Positions 9,491 to 19,373 of a stretch of 64,000 bases of DNA are shown one piece after another. Location: assembly GCA_029565675.1 (NCBI GenBank), contig JAKQNP010000036.1:1449-65448 (forward strand), written 5' to 3'. The DNA comes from a bacterium (GTDB lineage: Bacteria > Zhuqueibacterota > Zhuqueibacteria > Residuimicrobiales > Oceaniaggregativiventaceae). Position 1 is the first letter of the stretch; each line of letters starts with the position of its first letter. The position numbers were made by a program, and so were the translations under genes. The notes below the pieces were generated by a model. The model had not been told where the DNA came from and did no database searches. It saw only the letters and a program-made list of their open reading frames with translations.

Positions 9491-10486
9491 TCAACGGTGG
9501 TTGCTGTAATAGGGGCTCCAGCAGGGCATGTCAAAATATTTCTGCAGCTCATCGTCCAGTTTAAAAAGCGTAATCGATGCGCCGGCCATCTCCTGACAGG
9601 TGATATAAGAGTTGACCTCCATATCATGCACCGCGATTCCTTTCTGCTGCAGGAGCAAATCCAGGCGTCGGTTCATGATATAGAGCTCTGCCAAAGTAGT
9701 CGACCCCAATCCGTTGACCAGAGTGCAGACCTTGTCTTGCACCCCGATGCCGGAATCTTGCAGAATCTTTTCTACCAGGGTATCGACGATTTTGTCGGCG
9801 CTCTGCAGCCTGACCCGTTTGATACCCGGCTCGCCATGAACACCCATGCCAAACTCGATTTCGTCCTCCGGCAGGGTAAAGGATGGTTTTTTTTCTCCCG
9901 GAATCGTGGCACCCGCCAGTGCAACACCGATGCTGTAGGTATGGTCTCGCGCTTTTGCGGTAATGCGATACGCCTCCTCGAGTGAGAGTCCGGCACCAGT
10001 GGCTGCGCCGCCGATTTTGATGACAAAAACATCGCCGGCAATCCCGCGACGGTCGGTTTTTCTGTCTTCGGGTGCCGAGGCCACATCGTCCCATACCCGG
10101 ACTGTCCGCGAGGGAATTCCCATATCCTCGAGCATCTCCACAGCCAGTTCAAAATTCAGGTTGTCGCCGCTATAGTTGCCGTAGACAAACAGGACGCCTT
10201 TTCCTCTTTCGACCGACAGCGCGGTTTTAATAATTGTGTTCGGATCCGGTGAAGCAAAGATGTTGCCACAGGCCGCTGCATCCGCCAGATTATCGCCGAC
10301 GAACATGGCGAACATCGGTTCATGACCGCTGCCGCCGCCTATAACAAAGGCCACCTTGTCTTTGGGCTCTTTAATTTTGATCCCCTTGATCGCTTCAACC
10401 CGCTCAAACCGGTCGGCATATGCGGCAATGAATCCATCCAGGGTTTCGTTGACCACCTCTTTGGGATCGTTGATGATTTTTTTCAA
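9491..10486 (-). CDS. dhaK: Dihydroxyacetone kinase-family subunit DhaK
   Basis: GGGSGHEP, GNIFASP, NYSGDNLNF, RRGIAG, GMGVHGEPG, LVNGLGST. Confidence 0.92.
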   Translation of the reverse strand: MKKIINDPKEVVNETLDGFIAAYADRFERVEAIKGIKIKEPKDKVAFVIGGGSGHEPMFAMFVGDNLADAAACGNIFASPDPNTIIKTALSVERGKGVLFVYGNYSGDNLNFELAVEMLEDMGIPSRTVRVWDDVASAPEDRKTDRRGIAGDVFVIKIGGAATGAGLSLEEAYRITAKARDHTYSIGVALAGATIPGEKKPSFTLPEDEIEFGMGVHGEPGIKRVRLQSADKIVDTLVEKILQDSGIGVQDKVCTLVNGLGSTTLAELYIMNRRLDLLLQQKGIAVHDMEVNSYITCQEMAGASITLFKLDDELQKYFDMPCWSPYYSNHR

Positions 10487-10516
10487 TCCGGTCTTCTCCT
10501 CAATTTTCAGCTAAGG

Positions 10517-11890
10517 TTACATTCGGTCAACAGCAATACCGCCGATATATTTGCAGCTTTCCTCCAGAATGTTCGCGAATTTTCCGTGCACTGCGGCGCA
10601 ATGATGGATATAGGGTCCTTCCACCAGTGTGCGTTCCCATTTGGGCCAATCATCGACTTCCAGCCAGAAATAGGTCCCTTTGGTTCGCGGACCGTCTGTG
10701 CCGCGACCTTCGCCGATGAACAGGCGATACTCGCCATGGTCGCCGTCAAAGCGGCAGACCGTGACGTCGCCGCTGCGAATCTTCCATTCGCCGACTCCAT
10801 ACTTGTGGCTCGGGAAGATATAATGATGGGTCAGTGTTTTGGGGCTCTCGGCCAGAGAAGGCGGAAAATTGCCGCAATGCCAGAGCAGTTCGGCGTTGTC
10901 ATTGGCGGGGTGACGCACGGTGAGGTCGGAAAAGAAGACTGGAGAAGTTGACAGGGATGCCGCTTGCAGCAAAGCAGCGGTGATGGCGCCGTGGATATCG
11001 GTTTCACACGTTACGGGAATTCCCTCCTCGGCCAGCATGCCGTTGACTGCGCAGGGCATAATGCCGATCCCTTTTTGCATCGCATGCCAGCACTGAATGG
11101 CGGCACATGCACAACCGTGCTGTTCACACATACCGCGAATCGCCAGCTTCAGAGCCACCAGTTTTTCCAGGTCATCCGCATCCTTGGCATCGATCTGGAT
11201 CATCGCGCGGATTTTTCTTGCAGTCTCTGCAAACGCAGCATTCTTATTGGCGAGTAAACTCTTGATCTCCTCGATCAGATCGATGAGGGAGACGGGAAAT
11301 ATTTGCACCCCAAAGCGTTCCAAGAGTTCCCCCTCGTTGCAGATGACCGACCAAAAAGCGTCTGGCCGGGTGCCGAGTTGGAGAATGCGCAGCTGGCGGA
11401 ATGCCTTGACTGCTGCACAAACTGCGACAAAATTGCGGTAGCCTTGGGCAAAAACCGGGGCATCCACCCAGGAATTCTCGATGTAGGTGAAAGGTATATT
11501 GAATCTTCGCAATACTTTGCCGGTGGCAAAGAGGCCGCATTGTGTATCACGGGTGCGCAAGCCGTCCGCCAAAGGAGCATCGTCTCGTGGGCCCCAGAGA
11601 AGGACCGGTTTGCCCACGGTTTTTGCCAACTTGGCCACCAGATCTTCGGTGCCAAAATTGCAGTGCGGAAAAAAGAGGCCGTCGACGAGATGATCCTCCA
11701 TCTTTTTCCTGATGGCCGGCAAGTCATGTTCATCGAAAAGCAGTCCCTCATCATTGATGTCATCGATATCGACAATTTCCGCCTGCCAAGCGGATATTTT
11801 CTTGTGAACGAGGGTCCGATAGCGCAACGCCTCTTCCTTGCTGAACACATCTCTTCTGGTGGGGACATAACCGATGGTGACAGTTTGCAT
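10517..11890 (-). CDS. L-fucose/L-arabinose isomerase family protein
   Basis: HCNFGTE, DTQCG, AIQCW, CETDIHGAIT, LWHCG, CRFDGD, PYIHH; start 11890 or 11908. Confidence 0.85.
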   Translation of the reverse strand: MQTVTIGYVPTRRDVFSKEEALRYRTLVHKKISAWQAEIVDIDDINDEGLLFDEHDLPAIRKKMEDHLVDGLFFPHCNFGTEDLVAKLAKTVGKPVLLWGPRDDAPLADGLRTRDTQCGLFATGKVLRRFNIPFTYIENSWVDAPVFAQGYRNFVAVCAAVKAFRQLRILQLGTRPDAFWSVICNEGELLERFGVQIFPVSLIDLIEEIKSLLANKNAAFAETARKIRAMIQIDAKDADDLEKLVALKLAIRGMCEQHGCACAAIQCWHAMQKGIGIMPCAVNGMLAEEGIPVTCETDIHGAITAALLQAASLSTSPVFFSDLTVRHPANDNAELLWHCGNFPPSLAESPKTLTHHYIFPSHKYGVGEWKIRSGDVTVCRFDGDHGEYRLFIGEGRGTDGPRTKGTYFWLEVDDWPKWERTLVEGPYIHHCAAVHGKFANILEESCKYIGGIAVDRM

Positions 11891-11915
11891 GGCCGCACTC
11901 TCGTCCATAAGTAAA

Positions 11916-11988
11916 AGTTACGTTGTGTGGTTTTCCCTGTTGGGAAACCACGCGGATTTGGATAGGCATGAACATGCCGTCACACAAC
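11916..11988. repeat. Hairpin repeat copy 1 (related to 14126-14160)
   Basis: GTGGTTTTCCC-TGTT-GGGAAACCAC stem; 28/35 ungapped identity to 14126-14160; GGCATGAACATGCC hairpin and GTTGTGTG/CACACAAC outer pairing. Confidence 0.5.
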
Positions 11989-12145
11989 AAGAGCGTCTGT
12001 GACTGTTATTGTTTTAACTTATCTGTGACAGAACAATCGAGTTGCCACCGATTTTGGTTGCCCTGAACACCCGACCCGTGCATTTTATTCATAAATATAC
12101 TTGATGGTAAAGTTCGATCTCGAACTCCAGGGAGACATTTCGATT

Positions 12146-12454
12146 TTACCTTATCCTTTTGGATACATGGTTTTCTTGGTATGCAAAAACATAGTAATAA
12201 AAAGGGAGACTATCAGCTTCTGTGTTGAAACAGGATTGCTTGTGACAGGTGTTGTCGTCGTTGTATTCGAATAGTTCGACTAGATTTGGAGCAAGTGATC
12301 CCTCGTAAGTGGTTAATTTTTTTAGGACAGGCGCATGGGGTGGATAACAGCCGCCAGTGTTGGCTGAATCATTGGGACCGAGAGGGTCAAAAATTTTTTC
12401 GCAACTGAGCAGGAATACAATGCTCAACAAAATTTGCACTAGGAGTTTTTTCAT
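12146..12454 (-). pseudogene. Lipoprotein, probably truncated
   Basis: Strong GAGGAGG RBS and lipobox LLSC; stops after 102 aa although protein-like sequence (NRNVSLEFEI..) continues in frame past the TAA. Confidence 0.5.
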
Positions 12455-12700
12455 TTTTTACCTCCTCTTCCCGCGATCGTGCTTTAGAGATTGCGCGCTC
12501 AGAAGCAGCTGGCAAAATCGATCGCAATCCGGTCCTTGTCCGGCGTGATCAGTTATTCGTTCGCATCGCCATTTTGCAGAATGGGCCGGCGAGCAGCTGC
12601 ACCGCACATGAAACGAGACAGCCGTTTTTTATTTGCTCATAAAGATCTTGGCATCAAAGGCGCTTTCTGTTTTCAATCGTTGTCGAAAGGGACAATCCGT

Positions 12701-13306
12701 TCAATCATCGACCGAGTGGCCAACAACTTGCGTGTACATCACTCTTTCGTCCGTTTTCAAGCCCAGCAGAGCGTGCAATTTATCGCGATCGACCATTCCC
12801 AGCACGACCGTGCTCAGGTTTGCAGCGGCACAGTACAGATAGACATTCTGGCTGATAAATCCCGTATCCGTTCCCGCGACAAACCGCCGCCGATCCTCGT
12901 CTTTGCCAAGAACCATTTTCATGCGGGAATAATCAGCGACATAGATCAGTCCGACAGGTGCCGAATGCATCATGGCCTGCGTGCCTATACTCTCCCGGAT
13001 ATCCTGTGCAAGCACAGGCATAAGACTGTGCTCAGTTTCGTCGTAGAGAAACACCCCCTGCGGCAAGGCGACATAGACCCGGATCGCCTGCGTATTCGAG
13101 GCGGATGGGGCTGTCCTTCTGCTCTTGCTCTGATCTGTTTCTTGCCGGGTGATGCCGCAGGCCGCCCACAGCAGGTTGGAGAGCCCTTGCAACGAAAGCG
13201 GTTCAGCTTTCCATTTCCGTTTTGAGCGTCGTTCGGCCAGCGCTTTCATCAGCGGGAAATCGAGGTCGAGCTGCGGGCTTGGAAGCTTGATGCCGGTATC
13301 GGTCAT
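12701..13306 (-). CDS. SagB/ThcOx-type nitroreductase family protein
   Basis: ALAERRSKR, LSNLLWAACG, RTAPSA, DTGFISQNVYL motifs. Confidence 0.88.
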   Translation of the reverse strand: MTDTGIKLPSPQLDLDFPLMKALAERRSKRKWKAEPLSLQGLSNLLWAACGITRQETDQSKSRRTAPSASNTQAIRVYVALPQGVFLYDETEHSLMPVLAQDIRESIGTQAMMHSAPVGLIYVADYSRMKMVLGKDEDRRRFVAGTDTGFISQNVYLYCAAANLSTVVLGMVDRDKLHALLGLKTDERVMYTQVVGHSVDD

Positions 13307-14006
13307 GATTCCATCATTGTGGTTTGGTGTGAATACGTGCAATGACTTGGTTTAAATCTTGTGCTCATTTGTCCGCACCGCGGCCAATTCAGTCAGGCGA
13401 TTTTCGAAAAGAAGCCTTTTTTCTAACGATACTCAATCCTTCTTTTATTTGCAAGGCGTTTCCACCATCCAGGGATCGATGTAGATGTGGCGATATTTTT
13501 GCAGATTCTCTCGTTTGAATTTTGCCATAAGACCGATCCGGTATTGACGGGGGAATCGAATGTCTGAAAAAAATGGTTCCTGCGGCTGGATACGATAGTC
13601 GATATCGGAGCGGGATGGTTCGGGATCTGGGCGGCGTGGAGAGTGGTTGAATTTCTGCAGGGTGTGTGATGCCCAAAAAGATGGAAAGGGTCTTTCTGCG
13701 TTACAGCCTATTGCTTTAAATTGTGCAAGGTCAGAGTTGTCAGAACGATTTGATCTGATGTGTTCAAATCAGACTGATTTTTCTGTTCGGCGGCAGTTTC
13801 AGGATCCCAAAATGGTTTTCGCTGTTTTTTTTTAAGAGGTAACATCGCTGAAGATTTGTTTTGAATCGAATGGAAATGCATCCAATGGATTTCACCAATA
13901 CATGGGTATCGATTAGTGTGAAATCGTCTTTCGTTTCCATTCACTCGAATAAACAGAAGGCCCGGGACAACTGTACAATTCAGTAACAAAATAGTTGTGG
14001 TCACTC

Positions 14007-14030
14007 GTGTCCCATCGTCAGATGGGACAC
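14007..14030. repeat. Perfect 10-bp-stem hairpin
   Basis: GTGTCCCATC-GTCA-GATGGGACAC; shares GTGTCCC/GGGACAC with the hairpin at 14139-14159. Confidence 0.5.
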
Positions 14031-14101
14031 CTTTCACCAAATCGAACAATATCTTAAACTTGTAATGATTTTGGTCTAGTATCGATTTGAATGGTATCCG
14101 A

Positions 14102-14560
14102 TTAAATTATCGCTGTAATTATTAGAGTTAAGTTGGGCGGTGTCCCTTGTTGGGACACCAGTGAGTTGTGGTCTTTGATGATTTTACAGATACCAACAAC
14201 CGGAGTTCTTATCGATCTGCCTTGATAGGCATTGCGCAAATCCGACGAATCTGGATAAGCCTTATCCATCGGCAGCAAATATTTCGTAATCTGAATGGCT
14301 GGTACGGTTTTGCCATATTTGTCAAAATGATTCGATATTGTCCAGGCTTGTTCGTTTTTCGAAAAATAGTCCTCGACAAAGGCGATTTCATCAGCCGAAA
14401 CGATTTCATCATGATTTCCGAAACGATCCGCCAGCCGTTCAATTGAGATGAAGGCTCTTTCGTTTGTTTGCTGATAGGAAGTGATTTCCTCGCTGCACTC
14501 GATAAAAAACGATGAAAAAATGAAGGTAAATAAGAGGTATTTGATTTTTTGATTGTTCAT
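14102..14560 (-). CDS. Hypothetical exported protein, possibly truncated
   Basis: GAGG upstream; hydrophobic N terminus ending IEC; 3' end runs through hairpin repeat copy 2; in-frame continuation is full of stops. Confidence 0.45.
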   Translation of the reverse strand: MNNQKIKYLLFTFIFSSFFIECSEEITSYQQTNERAFISIERLADRFGNHDEIVSADEIAFVEDYFSKNEQAWTISNHFDKYGKTVPAIQITKYLLPMDKAYPDSSDLRNAYQGRSIRTPVVGICKIIKDHNSLVSQQGTPPNLTLIITAII

Positions 14561-14575
14561 CAAATATACCCTCAG

Positions 14576-14720
14576 TGCATGGTTTCTTTCAAATGATAAC
14601 CAATTTCTTCAAAATGCGCAAGAGGCTTCGGGGAATTCTCATTTTCCAAACCAGAAGATATTACCGCAGGGTAGAGGCCGAAACGAAGAAAAAGAGTATA
14701 AATTCGCTCGATTTTTTGGG
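14576..14720 (+). pseudogene. Degenerate C-terminal fragment of a tyrosine integrase
   Basis: AWFLSNDNQFLQNAQEASGNSH, then a frameshift to QTRRYYRRVEAETKKKSINSLDF; resembles box II xQELLGHSxxxTTxxY; points toward the tRNA 3' end. Confidence 0.5.
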
Positions 14721-14747
14721 AACAATTTGGGAAGAATTTGGGGACGC
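14715..14747 (+). repeat. Three 11-bp tandem repeats, integrase arm-type-site-like
   Basis: TTTGGGAACAA TTTGGGAAGAA TTTGGGGACGC. Confidence 0.55.
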
Positions 14748-14783
14748 AATTGTCAAAAAGGTCTTAAAATGGGCTTTGGGGGC

Positions 14784-14819
14784 AAAAAAGAAGCCACTCA
14801 CAAGGTGCTGTAAGTGGCT
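14784..14819 (-). terminator. Intrinsic terminator downstream of tRNA-Leu
   Basis: Minus strand AGCCACTTACAG-CAC-CTTGTGAGTGGCT followed by TCTTTTTT. Confidence 0.6.
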
Positions 14820-14828
14820 GTTATTATG

Positions 14829-14914
14829 TGCCGAGGGCGGGAATCGAACCCGCATGCAGTGTGAGCTGCGCTGGATTTTGAGTCCAGTGCGTCTACCAAT
14901 TCCGCCACCTCGGC
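14829..14914 (-). tRNA. tRNA-Leu(CAA)
   Basis: Reverse complement GCCGAGGTGGCGGAATTGGTAGACGCACTGGACTCAAAATCCAGC...GCGGGTTCGATTCCCGCCCTCGGCA; anticodon CAA, long variable arm, CCA not encoded. Confidence 0.96.
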
Positions 14915-15239
14915 CTGCTTGGCAAGTCGTACAATATACTAACTCTGATTTAAAGTGTCAATACAAAAATGGCTGACTGGAAATTGGGGATTTTTCATCG
15001 ACCGACATACAGGATCAAAAAGATGGTGCATGAAACCATTTGATTTTTACCCTAAAAAACAATAAATTGTCCTTTGTTTCGATCGATGTTGCATTGCAAT
15101 CTGGTTCCATCAGCAGGCCATCTTTCCTTTTGCAATGCAACGGAATTTTTTATGTCAGCCAAATGGTTTTAAACCAATAAATCTGTTGCTCCATGAGACG
15201 GTGTGATCCGAAAACCGCTTACCTTATTTGGGAGTTGAT

Positions 15240-16466
15240 ATGAACAAACAGACCATCGATGATCTCAAATTGAACGGCAAACGCGTTCTGGTGCGAGTCG
15301 ATTTCAATGTGCCGCTTACCACGGAAGGCAAGGTGGGCGATGACAAGCGCATCGTCGCTGCTCTGCCGACCATTAAAAAAGTCATTCAATCCGGCGGCAA
15401 GGCCATCATTATGTCCCATCTGGGGCGACCGGACGGTAAAGCGATGCCCGAATTTTCGCTCAAACCGGTGGCCGTGCATCTGGCCAATTTGCTCGATCAG
15501 AGTGTGATCTTTGCTCCAGACTGCGTCGGCAAAGAGGTGGAAAAACTGGTGGCGGAGATGAAACCCGGGGAGGTGCTGTTGCTGGAGAATCTGCGCTTTC
15601 ATCCGGAAGAAGAAGGCAAAAAAGACGGCGTCAAGATGAGCAAAGAGGATCGTCAGTGGTTTATCGACGGTTTGGCAAAACTCGCCGATCTCTATATCAA
15701 TGACGCTTTCGGCACTGCACACCGTGCACACGCCTCTATGGCTGGCGTGCCGAAAAAGTTGGGCCAGGGTGCGGCAGGCTATTTGATGCAAAAAGAGCTC
15801 GACTATTTTTCCCGTGTATTTGACGGCCCGGAAAAACCGCTGATGGCCATTCTCGGCGGCGCCAAAGTCAGCGACAAGCTGTTGGTGATCGACAATCTGT
15901 TGAAGAAAGTTGATGCGCTTTTTATCGGCGGCGCCATGGCTTACACCTTTCTCAAAGCTCAGGGAACCAAAGTCGGCAAATCCCGCGTTGAAGAGGATCT
16001 GGTCGACAAAGCCAGAGAAATCCTTGCCACCGTAAAAAGCAAAAAGGTTAAATTCTACCTGCCTATCGATCACATTGTCGCCGATGCTTTCCCGGAAGAG
16101 GGAAAAGTGGTAAACTCATCGGTCACTGCCGATGCGAATATTCCCGACGGCATGATGGGATTGGACATCGGGCCCAAAACCATCGAATTGTATCGAAAGG
16201 AATTGGCAACCGCAAAGACCATTATCTGGAACGGGCCGGTAGGCGTCTTTGAAGTCAAGGGGTTTGAGAAAGGCACCTATACGATCGCCGAAATCCTGGC
16301 CAACAGCGGCGCGACCACAGTGATCGGCGGCGGAGATTCGGCCAGCGCTGTGAAGAAAGCCGGTTTGGCCAAACAGATGAGCCATGTTTCCACCGGCGGC
16401 GGCGCCACTCTCGAACTGATGGAAGGCAAGGATTTGCCCGGGGTGGCGGCGCTCAGCGACCGTTGA
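15240..16466 (+). CDS. pgk: Phosphoglycerate kinase
   Basis: [58 protein letters not shown]; GGAG RBS. Confidence 0.98.
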   Translation: MNKQTIDDLKLNGKRVLVRVDFNVPLTTEGKVGDDKRIVAALPTIKKVIQSGGKAIIMSHLGRPDGKAMPEFSLKPVAVHLANLLDQSVIFAPDCVGKEVEKLVAEMKPGEVLLLENLRFHPEEEGKKDGVKMSKEDRQWFIDGLAKLADLYINDAFGTAHRAHASMAGVPKKLGQGAAGYLMQKELDYFSRVFDGPEKPLMAILGGAKVSDKLLVIDNLLKKVDALFIGGAMAYTFLKAQGTKVGKSRVEEDLVDKAREILATVKSKKVKFYLPIDHIVADAFPEEGKVVNSSVTADANIPDGMMGLDIGPKTIELYRKELATAKTIIWNGPVGVFEVKGFEKGTYTIAEILANSGATTVIGGGDSASAVKKAGLAKQMSHVSTGGGATLELMEGKDLPGVAALSDR

Positions 16467-16517
16467 TCGGTTTCTTCTGCGGCACTGCCCATTTTTACAC
16501 GCAAAGCAATCTTCTGC

Positions 16518-16558
16518 AGGGTTGTCGGGGTCAACAAACCTCGACAACCCTTTTGTTT
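16518..16558 (+). terminator. Intrinsic terminator after pgk
   Basis: AGGGTTGTCGGGG ... CCTCGACAACCCT stem followed by TTTGTTT. Confidence 0.65.
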
Positions 16559-16572
16559 TATAATTGAAAAAC

Positions 16573-18549
16573 TCAGCCGAGAATGGGCAAAGTGGCGTCG
16601 CCGCGCAAAAAGAGGGGAATCTGCTGCAGCGGCGCTTCGACATCAATTTCCTGGCCGCCGGCAATTTTTTTGTCGCTCCACACCGCCCTCCATTCGGTGC
16701 CAGCCGGAAGATAGACGGATCGGCTTCGTTTGCCTTCGTACAAAACCGGCGCCACCAGCAAATCCGGGCCAAACATAAAGGCATCGTCGATTTCCCAACT
16801 CTTTGCATCGTCTGGAAAATCGAAAAAGAGCGGGCGCATCATCGGTAGACCGGTCTCGTGGGCAACGCGCATGTGGGCGAGGATATAGGGGCGCAGCCTT
16901 TCGCGCATGAGCAACACCTCGCGAATGATGGCAAAAGCCTTTTTCCCGAACGACCAGACTTCATTGGGGCCGCCGTTGAAATCCTTTTCGGGCAGACGGT
17001 TGCCGTGCAACCGGAACAACGGACAGAAAGCTCCATATTGAAACCAGCGCACAATGAGCTCGCGAAAACCTTCATCCTCGGGGTCGCCCCCGATAAATCC
17101 GCCGATATCAGTAGTCCACCAGGGTATGCCGCTCACCGCCATATTCAGGCCGGCGCGCACCTGGCTGCGCAGATCTTCAAATGTCGAATAAAGATCCCCG
17201 GACCAGACCGCCCCGCCGTAGCGCTGGCTGCCTGCCCAGGCAGAACGGCAAAGACAGATGATCTCGGTTTCTCCCTCGGCCTTCATGCCCTCATAAAAGC
17301 CGCGCACATGCAGCAGGGGATAGATATTGCCGACCGCCAGACCGGGTCCCAGATGATAGCGCAAATGGTCTGGATGAATGGGATAGGTTTCCGGTTCACA
17401 GGCGTCCAGCCACCATATCTTGATGCCATAGCGGTAGAGATTGTCTCGTACGATCCGCCAAAAATGTTTGCGGGCGTCTGGATGGGTGGCATCGTAATAA
17501 TGGATGTAGGCGGGACCGGGAACCGAGCGATCGACAAAAAGTTGATGCGCCAATTGGCCTCGTTCCGTCTGGATCAGGTACCCCCTGGCCGCCATTTCCG
17601 CAAAGTTGCGGCTGAGCACATTAAAAGCCGGCCAGATGGATATCATGACGCGAATGCCCATTTCCTGCAGTTCGCGCATCATGGCCTCCGGATCGGGCCA
17701 GTCCGCCGGATCGAGTTCCAGGTCTCCCAAATAGATCGAATAGAAAAAATCGATGACCAGAACGGATAGCGGCAGATCTCTGCGCCGGTACTCGCGGGCA
17801 ACCTCCAGCAATTCAGCCTGAGTGCGGTAGCGCAGTTTGCTTTGCCAGAATCCGGCGGCCCATTCGGGCAGCATCGGCGGCAATCCCGTTGCTTGCACAT
17901 AACTCGTGACGATTTCCGCCGGGTAATCACCAGCGGTTACCCAGTAGTCGATTTGCTCCGTCGCCTCCGCTACCCAGCGGGTGTGATTGCGTGCAAATTC
18001 CGCCCGTCCTATAGCAGGATTGTTCCACAAAAACCCATAGCCGCGATTCGACAGCAAAAAGGGAATCGAAACCTCGGTGTTTTTTTGCATCAGGTCGATA
18101 GTGCATCCCTTTTGATCCAGAAACGGAAGCGGGTGTTGGCCCATGCCGTAAAAACGTTCGTTGTCATGAGCTTGCCAGTTCACGGTGGTGTGAAACAGAT
18201 TGCCGCCGGTGGATCGATAATCGCGGGCCGGCAACATGAAATGCAGCGGCTGTTCGGTGAGCAGCTCTTGACCCGTGTCAGCGCGGGAAAAGGCGATTCG
18301 TCCCTTTTCATCGATGCGGATGCGCAGCTTGCCGTTGACCGCTTGGGCAACGGATTGCACGGATTCGATTTTCAACACCGGATTGGAGCAGGGGAGCAGT
18401 GCCTGCGGAAGATCGTCGCGGATCTCGCGGTTGCGCGTGGCGCGCAACCGAATGCTGTTTTCTCCCCAGGCTTCGATGCGGACTATTTCGTTGCTCAATT
18501 TAACGTACAGAACACCATCAACGACATCAAATTGCGCGTTCATCGCCAC
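16573..18549 (-). CDS. Glycoside hydrolase family 31 (alpha-xylosidase-like)
   Basis: [17 protein letters not shown] nucleophile region, [29 protein letters not shown]. Confidence 0.93.
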   Translation of the reverse strand: MAMNAQFDVVDGVLYVKLSNEIVRIEAWGENSIRLRATRNREIRDDLPQALLPCSNPVLKIESVQSVAQAVNGKLRIRIDEKGRIAFSRADTGQELLTEQPLHFMLPARDYRSTGGNLFHTTVNWQAHDNERFYGMGQHPLPFLDQKGCTIDLMQKNTEVSIPFLLSNRGYGFLWNNPAIGRAEFARNHTRWVAEATEQIDYWVTAGDYPAEIVTSYVQATGLPPMLPEWAAGFWQSKLRYRTQAELLEVAREYRRRDLPLSVLVIDFFYSIYLGDLELDPADWPDPEAMMRELQEMGIRVMISIWPAFNVLSRNFAEMAARGYLIQTERGQLAHQLFVDRSVPGPAYIHYYDATHPDARKHFWRIVRDNLYRYGIKIWWLDACEPETYPIHPDHLRYHLGPGLAVGNIYPLLHVRGFYEGMKAEGETEIICLCRSAWAGSQRYGGAVWSGDLYSTFEDLRSQVRAGLNMAVSGIPWWTTDIGGFIGGDPEDEGFRELIVRWFQYGAFCPLFRLHGNRLPEKDFNGGPNEVWSFGKKAFAIIREVLLMRERLRPYILAHMRVAHETGLPMMRPLFFDFPDDAKSWEIDDAFMFGPDLLVAPVLYEGKRSRSVYLPAGTEWRAVWSDKKIAGGQEIDVEAPLQQIPLFLRGDATLPILG

Positions 18550-18604
18550 TCCTCAATGCTTGATTGATCGTTAAAAAATTGTATAGGAGATTCGAGAAGA
18601 CCAT

Positions 18605-19339
18605 TCAGCCGGTTGTCTGGCAGTTTTTGTCCAGCTGATAGATTGCTGCTTTCATATCTTTGCTGTAAGGAGCGGAAAAGCTAAGGAATTCATGGGTGGT
18701 CGGGTGAGACAGTGAAAGTTCGGCCGCATGCAAGGCCAGACGTGCCAGGAGCGCCTTTTCCTCGTGGGCGCCGGTTCGGTAACCTTTTTTAATCCGCGAA
18801 AGCCACAAGGGTTCGCCGTTTCCGTAAAGAGGATCGGCCACCACCGGATATCCGATCGATGCCAAATGTACACGTATCTGATGGGTGCGGCCCGTCAACG
18901 GTTGGATTTGCAGCAAGGCAAAGGCGCCCAAATGCTGCAAAACATGAACACGGCTGACCGAACTCTTACCGCTTTTCAAATCGACCCGGGTCCGGTGTTG
19001 CCGATCTGCGTCGGCCGACAGGGGCAGATCGATCAGTTGGTCATCCCAGGGGGGATTTCCGACAACGAGGGCGTGATAAAATTTGGTGACTTTGTGTTCC
19101 TGGAATTGATCGTTCAAAGCCCGGTGACAAATCTCATTGCGCGGCAGGACAACCACTCCGCTGGTCTCTTTGTCGATCCGATGAACCACCCACAATTTAC
19201 CCCAGCGCAGCTCAAGAAGAGGCAACAAGTGCGGTACCTTGGGTTCGAAACGATCAGCGAGGCAGGCGATACCGGCAGGCTTGTTGATGGCCAACAGGTC
19301 GGCATCGTCGTATAACACTGCAATGGAGTTTGGTTTCAT
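18605..19339 (-). CDS. RluA-family pseudouridine synthase
   Basis: INKPAG, VHRIDKETSG, TGRTHQIRVH, ADPLYG, LALHA. Confidence 0.93.
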   Translation of the reverse strand: MKPNSIAVLYDDADLLAINKPAGIACLADRFEPKVPHLLPLLELRWGKLWVVHRIDKETSGVVVLPRNEICHRALNDQFQEHKVTKFYHALVVGNPPWDDQLIDLPLSADADRQHRTRVDLKSGKSSVSRVHVLQHLGAFALLQIQPLTGRTHQIRVHLASIGYPVVADPLYGNGEPLWLSRIKKGYRTGAHEEKALLARLALHAAELSLSHPTTHEFLSFSAPYSKDMKAAIYQLDKNCQTTG

Positions 19340-19373
19340 GGACAAATTCCTGCTGTCATTCGGTGGCTTTGGT

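Noticed and set aside
13389-14049. Short ORFs 13389-13676 and 13708-14049
   Set aside because: No motifs or convincing RBS; more likely part of decayed sequence
11916-14200. Hairpin repeats as integron attC sites or CRISPR repeats
   Set aside because: Ends read GTT...AAC, the reverse of attC (RYYYAAC...GTTRRRY); no regular repeat-spacer period; no intI or cas gene in the window
14575-14976. 133-aa ORF spanning the tRNA
   Set aside because: Runs antisense through tRNA-Leu; only its integrase-like middle part is meaningful and is reported as a relic
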